This document shows, one piece after another, positions 9,180-16,394 of a stretch of 64,000 nt of DNA (the stretch's first letter is position 1; each line of letters begins with the position of its first letter). The position numbers were made by a program, and so were the translations under genes. Origin of the DNA: Planctomycetota bacterium (GTDB lineage Bacteria; Planctomycetota; UBA1135; UBA2386); contig OZ245006.1 of NCBI GenBank assembly GCA_965223545.1, forward strand, positions 1-64,000, given 5' to 3'. Under the pieces are notes generated by a model, which was not told the origin of the DNA, made no database searches, and saw nothing but the letters and a program-made list of their open reading frames with translations.

Positions 9180-9805
9180 CCGCGCTCGCAACCAACGACC
9201 TCCATCCGGTCGAGGCGCGCAACTCCTTGGTCGAGTCCAACATTCCTCTGGCACGCTGGGTGGCCCGTCAACACGTCCACCAAGCCCGTGGAATCGTCGA
9301 CCTCGATGATCTCCAGCAGGCAGCCATGGTCGGACTGATCCGCGCAGCCGAGCTGTTCGACGCCAACCGCGGCACGACGTTCGCGACCTACGCGGTGCAC
9401 TGGTGCCGGCAGGCCGTCCGGCGAACGATCGCTAACCAGGGCCGCACCATTCGGGTCCCGGCGCACCTCGTCAGGGTTCCGGAGGCTGGTGAGGAGCTTA
9501 CCCCGCGGCAACGGGCAGCCGAGGCCGCGAATCGCACGGCCTCGCTCACCGCGGTCGGTGACGACGCGAGGGCTGTGGCTGATCCGCGGCCCAGCCCGCA
9601 TGACCTGGCTGCCCAGGAAGACGAGGTTGAGTGGATCCGATCTCGTGTCAATGCATTGCCGGCCGACCTCGCCGATGTCGTGCGCGGCAGGTTCGGTCTG
9701 GGGCGTCACCCCGAGACTCTGAAGGCCATCGGTCACCGTGCCGGCATCAGCCGTGAGCACGCGGGGCGCCGGCTGGCGAGCGCGTTGGAGGCGCTGCGAC
9801 GATGA
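9176..9805 (+). CDS. Sigma-70 family RNA polymerase sigma factor (RpoD/RpoS-like regions 2 and 4, compact)
   Basis: LVESNIPLA, DLQQAAMVGLIRAAELFD.NRGTTFATYA.HW, RTIRVP, and region 4 RFGL...TLKAIG...ISRE. Confidence 0.9.
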   Translation: MTALATNDLHPVEARNSLVESNIPLARWVARQHVHQARGIVDLDDLQQAAMVGLIRAAELFDANRGTTFATYAVHWCRQAVRRTIANQGRTIRVPAHLVRVPEAGEELTPRQRAAEAANRTASLTAVGDDARAVADPRPSPHDLAAQEDEVEWIRSRVNALPADLADVVRGRFGLGRHPETLKAIGHRAGISREHAGRRLASALEALRR

Positions 9806-10353
9806 CCGACCAACCGATCAAGAAGTCGGCCGGCGATCGCCGCAAGAAGGTGGATCCCGAGCAGGCGTTCAAGCTGTGGGCGGCCCTCGGCCCGACCCGC
9901 ACCTACAGCGAGGTCGCCCGTGAGATGGGTTGCGAAGACTCCACCATCCTCCGCATGGCGCGGCGCATGGCGTGGGACAAGCGGCTGGCCCGCATCGAGG
10001 CACCGCAGCGCGAGCAGGACGAGGACGAACTGCGGCAGCTCGTCCAGGAGATGAACGCTCGACACATCGAGGTCGCTCGGGTGCTGGTCACGAAGGGTAT
10101 CGAAGCGCTCCAGTATCTGGAGCCGACGTCGGTGGCGGAGGCGCTTCGGTTGGTCGAGACCGGCGCCAAGCTGGAGCGCCAAGCCAGAGGCGAGCCGGAC
10201 AGCAAGAAGCAGATCACCGTCGAGGCGATTCTGCGCGAGCGCTTCAAGGAGCTGGTGGTCGAGCCAGCCGACCAGCCGGCACGGCCACGCATCACCGTGG
10301 TCGATGTGCCGGACCTCGACGACGACGGCCAGCAGGAGGTCGGAGATGAGTGA
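9802..10353 (+). CDS. Putative terminase small subunit
   Basis: N-terminal HTH (AF..W..LGPTRTYSEVARE...W.KR), helical middle, directly upstream of and overlapping TerL. Confidence 0.7.
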   Translation: MTDQPIKKSAGDRRKKVDPEQAFKLWAALGPTRTYSEVAREMGCEDSTILRMARRMAWDKRLARIEAPQREQDEDELRQLVQEMNARHIEVARVLVTKGIEALQYLEPTSVAEALRLVETGAKLERQARGEPDSKKQITVEAILRERFKELVVEPADQPARPRITVVDVPDLDDDGQQEVGDE

Positions 10354-11761
10354 ACCGACGTTCAAGCGGGCAACGGTCAACAAGGCCGCGCTCTTCGCGA
10401 AGGCTGGCTACGAGCCGCACCCTGGCCAGCAGGCCATCCACGACGCCGGGCCACACGATGCCGGCGGCTTCCGGTATCGAACCGTCTCCTGCGGTGTGCG
10501 GTTCGGCAAGACGCATGCGGCTGCCTGGGAGATGGCGGCTGCCGCGCTCGCCCCCAACACCCACGAGTTCGAGGGCTGGTGTGTCGCACCCCTGCATTCC
10601 CTGGCGGACCGGTCGTTCCGCATGGTGGCCAGCATCTTCCAGAACCACTTCCCCGAGCACATCGTCTCCTTCAAGGAGACCGATGGTGAGTTGGTCATCA
10701 TCAACCTCGCTGGGGTCAAGGCGCGCATCCTGCGCCGGACAACTGAGCGCGGCAAGGTGGCGCTCACCGGTGCGTCCGTGGACGCCATGGTGATCGACGA
10801 GGCGTCTGCCGTGCCGGACGACATCTGGGAGTCGGCCCTGTCGACTCGACTGCTCGACCGACTGGGTTGGGTGCTGGCGATCAGCAGCCCACGAGGCACC
10901 ACTGGCTGGTGGGCGCAAATGCTCCGCGCCGGCTTGCGCGGGGACGACCCGCAAGTGTGGGCCGTCAAGCTGCCTACCTGGGTGAACCCGCGGGTGTCCA
11001 GGGAGGAGATCCGGAAGATCCGGGCTCGACTCCCGGAGCACATCTTCCAGCAGGAGTATGGCGGCGAGCTGGTCGCAGCCGCCGGCTCGGTCTTCGACCA
11101 GGCGGCCATCGAGGCGTGCGCGCGGGTCACTGCATGGGAGGATCCTGTCCCTGGTGAGATCTACGTGGCTGGCCTCGACATCGCGATGTCCACCGACTTC
11201 ACCGTGCTGACCGTCGGTCGCCAGCTCGACAACGGCAACTGCCGCGTCGCCTACGCCAAGGCGTGGCGCCGACTCCCGTGGGAGGGGCAGGTCCGTCAAG
11301 TGGGCAGGATCCTGCGGCACTACGGTGAGGCCCAGGTCCGCGTGGACGAGACCGGCCTCGGCAAGCCGGTGGTCGAGTCGATGCGCTCCTCTCAGCTGTT
11401 CGACGGTGGTGTGCGCGGTGAGGTCTTCACGGCTCAGAGCAAGAACGCCATGGCGCGCAACCTGCAGGTCATGCTGGAGCGCAAGCGGGTGTTGCTGCCG
11501 GTGCGTGAGCTGTGCCCCGACATGCACGACCAGCTGGAGAAGTTCGCCTACCTCGACGATGGCCCCAGCGTCGGCAGCCTCCGCAAGATGGGAGCGCCGA
11601 AGGGCGAGCACGACGACTACGTGGCCTCGCTGATGCTGCTCGGCATGTTCTTCCGGGGTGGCGGTGGCGCCGGCATGCGCTTCGCGCGACGCGAGGAGCG
11701 AAGCATCAGCATGGACTCCTACAGCCCCCGTAACCCCCTCGGAATCAGGTTCAACCAATGA
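10346..11761 (+). CDS. Terminase large subunit
   Basis: PHPGQ, GVRFGKT (Walker A), VIDEA (Walker B), ISSPRG, FQQEY; nuclease motifs GLDIA, VDETGLG, HDDYV. Confidence 0.92.
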   Translation: MSEPTFKRATVNKAALFAKAGYEPHPGQQAIHDAGPHDAGGFRYRTVSCGVRFGKTHAAAWEMAAAALAPNTHEFEGWCVAPLHSLADRSFRMVASIFQNHFPEHIVSFKETDGELVIINLAGVKARILRRTTERGKVALTGASVDAMVIDEASAVPDDIWESALSTRLLDRLGWVLAISSPRGTTGWWAQMLRAGLRGDDPQVWAVKLPTWVNPRVSREEIRKIRARLPEHIFQQEYGGELVAAAGSVFDQAAIEACARVTAWEDPVPGEIYVAGLDIAMSTDFTVLTVGRQLDNGNCRVAYAKAWRRLPWEGQVRQVGRILRHYGEAQVRVDETGLGKPVVESMRSSQLFDGGVRGEVFTAQSKNAMARNLQVMLERKRVLLPVRELCPDMHDQLEKFAYLDDGPSVGSLRKMGAPKGEHDDYVASLMLLGMFFRGGGGAGMRFARREERSISMDSYSPRNPLGIRFNQ

Positions 11762-12060
11762 GCGGCTGCCCCTACTACGTTTCCAACGGCATGTCCGTTC
11801 TCTTGCGCAAGCGCGGCAGCACCGTGAAGCGCCAGTTCGTCGAGCGGCAGGAGATCCCGGCCGAGTTCCTCCCCGAGCCCGACAAGCTGCAGACCATGGT
11901 CGATGCCGGCACCCTGGTGACCGTGTGTCCCGACGAGCCACCTCCGCCGACACCCGGTCGTCGGCCGAGGGATCCGGTGTCGTTGGACCACCTCACACCG
12001 CAGATGCGCGGCATCGTGAGGCGTATGGGCATGTGGCCGCTGTTCGGTGGCGGCGAGTAG
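11758..12060 (+). CDS. Small hypothetical phage-type protein
   Basis: ATGA overlap with TerL stop; similar codon bias. Confidence 0.55.
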   Translation: MSGCPYYVSNGMSVLLRKRGSTVKRQFVERQEIPAEFLPEPDKLQTMVDAGTLVTVCPDEPPPPTPGRRPRDPVSLDHLTPQMRGIVRRMGMWPLFGGGE

Positions 12061-12281
12061 GACGGCCTGTGCGCCTCTCTGCGGCCTTCGGATCGGAGAC
12101 GTGCCTGGAGTCATTTGACGATGCCAGAGGCCGTCAGGAGGCAGCAGGGGCCTTGGAGGCGGACTCGGGGTCAACTTGTTGTGCGGCAGTTCGCAACGAC
12201 TTGCGACTTCGCACGACGAGATCGCGATGCAAGATCCCATACTACTAGGGGTGGGCGCCGAGCGGTGCGACCGACGACGAG

Positions 12282-13424
12282 ATGGGCAAATCGATTCCTG
12301 CGATGGTGAAGCCGGAGCTGCTCCGATGGGCAAGGGAGTCCATCGGGCTTGATGTCTCCGCGGCCGCGCACAAGCTGGGGATCGACGAGGCGAAGCTGCT
12401 CGCGTGTGAGGAAGGAAGGGACCGCCTCACGATGGCGAAGCTCGAAAGGGCTGCCGACGTTGTCTACCGGAGGCCGCTCGCGGTCTTCTTCCTCCCCGCG
12501 CCCCCTGAAGAGTTTCAGGTCGTCAAGGACTTCCGCCGGCTCCCCGGGGCTCCCTCGGCCCCGTCACCCGAGCTGACTGTCGAGCTTCGCAAGGCGGGCG
12601 CCCGTCGCGCGATCGCCCTGGAGATGCTGGACGAGCTGGGGGAGGCGGCTCCGAACTTCGACCTGCGCGCGTCTCGGAAGGAGGCCGCCCAGGCCGCGGC
12701 GGCTCGTGTCCGAGCGGCCCTCGGGATCTCCGTCGAGGAGCAACTCGATTGGCGAGACGCCTACGTGGCATACCGGACGTGGCGTGCGGCGGTCGAGGAG
12801 CACGGCGTGCTCGTGTTCCAGATCACGGGCGTCCCGGTCAACCAGACCCGCGGCTTCTCGACATTCTATGAAGAGCTTCCCGTGATCGCGGTGAACGGGA
12901 AGGACGCGCCGACGGCCCGCTGCTTCACGTTGATGCACGAGCTGGGGCACCTCTTGCGCCGAGGGGGATCCGTCTGCAACTGGAGTGAACGCGACGCCGA
13001 GGAAGTCTGGTGCAACCGCTTCGCGGGTGAACTGCTGGTCCCATCTGAGGCGCTCCGCGCCGAGGTCGTCGACCTCATACACCACGACGAGTGGCCGGAT
13101 CCTGTCCTGACGAGACTTTCGAGGCGCTTCGGCGTAAGCCCCGAGGTCATCGTGCGCCGGCTGGTGACGATTCGGCGAGCGACGCAGGACTTCTACCAGC
13201 GGTGGCGAGACGAACGCGGCGATGAATCTCCACCGGCCGGCGGCGGGCCCGTGCCCGTCTCGAAACGCGTGGTCGCGCACGCCGGCAGCACCTTCGTCAG
13301 CCTCGTGCTCTCCGCCTACCACGCGGACCGGATCACGGCGAGCACCCTCTCGAACTACCTCGGCGCGAAGCTCAAGCACTTGCCGGCGATCGAGGCGCTG
13401 ATGATCGGGGGGGATGCCGGATGA
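12282..13424 (+). CDS. XRE-HTH + ImmA/IrrE (COG2856) Zn metallopeptidase
   Basis: N-terminal LRWARES.GL HTH; FTLMHELGH (HExxH); EVWCNRFAGELL. Confidence 0.92.
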   Translation: MGKSIPAMVKPELLRWARESIGLDVSAAAHKLGIDEAKLLACEEGRDRLTMAKLERAADVVYRRPLAVFFLPAPPEEFQVVKDFRRLPGAPSAPSPELTVELRKAGARRAIALEMLDELGEAAPNFDLRASRKEAAQAAAARVRAALGISVEEQLDWRDAYVAYRTWRAAVEEHGVLVFQITGVPVNQTRGFSTFYEELPVIAVNGKDAPTARCFTLMHELGHLLRRGGSVCNWSERDAEEVWCNRFAGELLVPSEALRAEVVDLIHHDEWPDPVLTRLSRRFGVSPEVIVRRLVTIRRATQDFYQRWRDERGDESPPAGGGPVPVSKRVVAHAGSTFVSLVLSAYHADRITASTLSNYLGAKLKHLPAIEALMIGGDAG

Positions 13425-13891
13425 CTTCGACCTCGTATTGCCTGGACACAAGCGCGCTGATCCACGCCGCCGTCCGGGCATACCCGATGGATGTCTTCGG
13501 CTCGTTCTGGACGCGACTCGGTGACCTAATCGCGGACGGCCGCGCTTTCGCGCCGAAGGAGGTCCAGAGGGAGATCAAGCAGCAGGACGATGAGCTACAC
13601 GGCTGGTGCAAGGAGAAGAACGGGCTCTTCGTTCCGCCGGAGGTCGAGATTCAGGCGGCGATGTCGGCCGTGACGGAGCAGTTCCCGAGCTTGGTCGACC
13701 AGACGAAGGGGCGCGGACTAGCAGACCCGTGGGTGGTCGCGACCGCGCAGGTGTCGAGCGCGACCGTGGTTACGCAGGAGTTCTCGAAACCGACCAAGCC
13801 GCGGATTCCGGATGCGTGCCGCGTCTTGGAGATCCCGTGCGTCAACCTGCTCGAGCTGATCCGGGCGGAGCGCTGGACGTGGAATGCCTGA
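13421..13891 (+). CDS. PIN-fold DUF4411-like protein (putative RNase toxin)
   Basis: YCLDTSALI, EV..EI, ADPWVVA.A, VVTQE, IPDAC; ATGA-coupled to the peptidase. Confidence 0.85.
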   Translation: MTSTSYCLDTSALIHAAVRAYPMDVFGSFWTRLGDLIADGRAFAPKEVQREIKQQDDELHGWCKEKNGLFVPPEVEIQAAMSAVTEQFPSLVDQTKGRGLADPWVVATAQVSSATVVTQEFSKPTKPRIPDACRVLEIPCVNLLELIRAERWTWNA

Positions 13892-14735
13892 TGCTCCCGG
13901 AGGCGAGGCGATGACGTCAGCAGAACTCGACGCAGCCAAGGGGAGGGTTGTTAGGAAGGTCTTCGTCGACACAGCGGACGACAACTACGTCGGTGCTCGG
14001 TGGTGCTTCTACCACGGGCTCAGCGTCGACTTTCACTGGCTAGCGGTCCACGCCCTGGAGAAGTATCTGAAGGCCGTGTTGCTGCTGAACGACAAGTCGG
14101 CGAAGGGCTACGGGCACAACATTGAACGCCTCTACTGCGAGGTGCACCCGCTGGCCTTTGACCTGTTACCGAAGGTGCTGGAGCAGTCGAGCAGCCTGGA
14201 CACCAAGGGATGGCACGACGAGGAGCCGGAGCGGTTCCTGAGGCGCCTCTATGCGAAGGGCGAGGCGAACAACCGCTACGACCTGTTCGGCTTTGTGCAG
14301 ATGAGGCACGACCTCTTCAAGCTCGATCAGATGGTCTTCGCCGTTCGCCGCCTCTGCCGTCCGCTCGACGCCATGTTCTTCCCTGGAAGGCCGGAGCAAG
14401 GAACCAACCGAGAGGTGTTGAACAAGCAACCGGAGTGGTGGTCGCTCCGCACGACGGGGAAGCTGGAGAAGACCGTCCACGGGAAACGAGGATCGGAGCT
14501 GCGGCGCGTGCTACTCAACTGCAACCCCTTGCTCGCTCCCGATGACTTCGAGCACGAGCCGGTGCGAAGCAGCACGAGCGCCTCGAACTCAATACTCGGG
14601 AAGGAGATCGTGAAGCCGTTGAAGGGCCCGGCGGGCCAGTCGCAAGAGGTGGCGCTCGACCTGCGTGAGTGGGTGCTGAACAAGATCAAGCTCCCGCCTG
14701 ATGTTCAGAAGGAGCTTCGAGACGCAGGTCCGTGA
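13884..14735 (+). CDS. HEPN-like domain protein (alternative start 13911)
   Basis: ADDNYVGAR...HALEKYLKAVLL...GHNIERLY...NRY pattern. Confidence 0.7.
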   Translation: MPDAPGGEAMTSAELDAAKGRVVRKVFVDTADDNYVGARWCFYHGLSVDFHWLAVHALEKYLKAVLLLNDKSAKGYGHNIERLYCEVHPLAFDLLPKVLEQSSSLDTKGWHDEEPERFLRRLYAKGEANNRYDLFGFVQMRHDLFKLDQMVFAVRRLCRPLDAMFFPGRPEQGTNREVLNKQPEWWSLRTTGKLEKTVHGKRGSELRRVLLNCNPLLAPDDFEHEPVRSSTSASNSILGKEIVKPLKGPAGQSQEVALDLREWVLNKIKLPPDVQKELRDAGP

Positions 14736-14978
14736 CGAGCCGTGGGTGGTGTTCTTGGGAAGTCCGTGGGTCGTCTCGGCGCTGGCCCACCACCGACCGC
14801 TGCGTGCGTTGCGCAGACTACCCGGACTACCCAAAACGCTCCCGCCTACCCCCGATTCGCAAGGACTTACGACGACGTGGAGCGACTGCCAACGACGCAG
14901 TTGACTCGCCGGCCGATGGTCGTATCCTCCGGTGGCCAGGGTAGATTAGAACGACGCAACTTGCTGCCAGGAAGTAGC

Positions 14979-15023
14979 TTCGGGACGCAGAGGTCGCTGG
15001 TTCAAATCCAGTCGCCCCGACCA
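14979..15023 (+). pseudogene. 3' half of tRNA-Pro(CGG), attachment-site duplication
   Basis: TTCGGGA anticodon loop + CGCAG-AGGTC-GCTGGTTCAAATCCAGT-CGCCCCG-ACCA. No D-arm or 5' acceptor/anticodon strand upstream. Confidence 0.88.
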
Positions 15024-15107
15024 GCTTCTGCTGCTTTGCAGCAGAAGCTGATCGGGGCGGCTGGATTTGGACGCGCTCCGAGCTTCGCTCCGAGCGCGTT
15101 CAAATCC
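15001..15107. repeat. Overlapping inverted repeats complementary to the tRNA 3' end
   Basis: 34-bp arms 15001-15034 / 15038-15071 (3 mismatches); second stem 15063-15078 / 15092-15107. Confidence 0.8.
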
Positions 15108-15127
15108 GCGTGGGCTTGGGGGCGTGA

Positions 15128-15527
15128 TGAGCCTCCGGCGCCTCGAATCTTCGAGCTTCGACAACATTCTCGAGGCGACGTCGCCGACATGGCAACGTCG
15201 CCGCCGCGCCGGAGGCTCGGAGAGACAGTGCCTCCTGGCTCAGCGCGGCGGCGGATGGGTCGGACCTTCCAAGCCGCTCCGGGAAGAGCGGCATCCGAGT
15301 TTGGTTGCGGCCGTGGCCGCGCTGAGCCTCGGGGTCCGAGAATGTTCGAGCGGCAACAACCTTTCGGAAGGCCCGTCGTCGCCGGGACTTCGATACCGCA
15401 ACTCCCGGGGGCTCGAAGACAACACTGGCGTCTGGGCTCAGCGCGGCCGCCGGCGACCGCCGGACCCGCGACCGACGCTCGGGTCGCGGAATGCTCCGTG
15501 TTTGGTTGCGGCCTCGGCTGCGCTGAG
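15128..15527. repeat. Two degenerate ~200-bp tandem units with internal palindromes (REP/MITE-like)
   Basis: TGAGCCTC..GAAT.TTCGAGC at 15128 and 15323; GGCTCAGCGCGGC at 15237 and 15435; GTTTGGTTGCGGCC..GGC.GCGCTGAG at 15299 and 15500. Confidence 0.65.
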
Positions 15528-15539
15528 TGGTCAGTGCTG

Positions 15540-15833
15540 TTACGGGCGGGGTGGGCGCGAGCCTGGGACTGAGTTCACGATCCGCTGCAGCGCGGCGGCA
15601 GCCCGTGCGCGTGCGGGGCCGCGCACGTCGTCGGTTGCCGCCATTGGGAAGACGAAGCGGTCCTCGCAGTGCTCAGGGCCGCGGCTGCCCTGGATGTAGC
15701 CTTCGCGCACTTCGTGCTCGATGCCTGCCGCGTGGAACGCGTGGCGCATCTTCGGTGCGAGCCATCGCGGCACGTCCACCCAGATGGGGATGGCATCGTT
15801 GCCCAGGCGCGTCGCACCCCGACCGGGGTTCAC
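15540..15833 (-). CDS. Hypothetical protein
   Basis: Plausible composition; no recognisable motif. Confidence 0.35.
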   Translation of the reverse strand: MNPGRGATRLGNDAIPIWVDVPRWLAPKMRHAFHAAGIEHEVREGYIQGSRGPEHCEDRFVFPMAATDDVRGPARARAAAALQRIVNSVPGSRPPRP

Positions 15834-15971
15834 GCGGATGCCCTCTCAGGGCCACCATTGGAGGTCGGTCGTTGGTTGCATCGGTGGTGTGGAGGCGAGT
15901 GGCAGGGGTCTTTCGTCCCGCCAGAGTTGGTTTGCGACGAGACCGCGGTACTCATCCGCGAGCCGCGGAGT

Positions 15972-16394
15972 CTAGAGGAACTCGCGTGGGGGGGCTCGAC
16001 GCCGGCGGTGGCGAAAGGACCACACGAGCGGCGCAGCGACCCCGATGACGGCACCCCCTACGACCAGGAGTCCGACGACCCACAGATTGTCGGGATCGCC
16101 GGGGGCCCTCATGAGCGGGACCATGCCACTCGTGAGCAAGCCCCAGGACACCGCACCGCCCGTCGCTGCGCCGAGTCCTCCCCAGTAGGCGCAGCTCAGG
16201 ACCAGCCCGATCGCACTCACGACTCGTTGGGCAGCACTCCGCATCGGCAACGCCTGCGTCGGTTGTACCTGTCTCCCTGGATTCATCCCTCGCTTCAGGG
16301 CAGCAATTGTTCCCGGGACATGACCGGGGGTTGGCTGGAACCTAGACGATGGTTCGGTCTCGATTGCCACAGGGTAACTCGGCTCCCCGCGCAC
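15972..16394 (-). CDS. Small membrane protein (start uncertain)
   Basis: Two to three hydrophobic segments followed by a basic tail. Confidence 0.4.
   Translation of the reverse strand: MRGEPSYPVAIETEPSSRFQPTPGHVPGTIAALKRGMNPGRQVQPTQALPMRSAAQRVVSAIGLVLSCAYWGGLGAATGGAVSWGLLTSGMVPLMRAPGDPDNLWVVGLLVVGGAVIGVAAPLVWSFRHRRRRAPPREFL

Larger units (their letters stand above)
1..15023. mobile_element. Integrated phage-related element (satellite-like or reduced prophage) inserted in a tRNA-Pro(CGG) gene; left end lies before the window start
   Basis: Integrase at the left edge and a tRNA-Pro 3' half at 14979-15023. Between them: primase-helicase, terminase and defence-like genes, with tight ATGA/GTGA gene coupling from 5388 to 12060. 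Confidence 0.85.

Noticed and set aside
14900..15023. Complete tRNA-Pro gene
   Set aside because: No 5' acceptor strand, D-arm or 5' anticodon stem upstream of TTCGGGA; only the 3' half is present.
1..15023. Complete prophage or cf-PICI
   Set aside because: No recognisable portal, capsid, tail or lysis genes between the integrase and the att site.
15128..15527. CRISPR array or integron attC cassettes
   Set aside because: Only two long degenerate units, no unique spacers or cassette ORFs between them; neither recombinase shows an evident IntI-type insertion.
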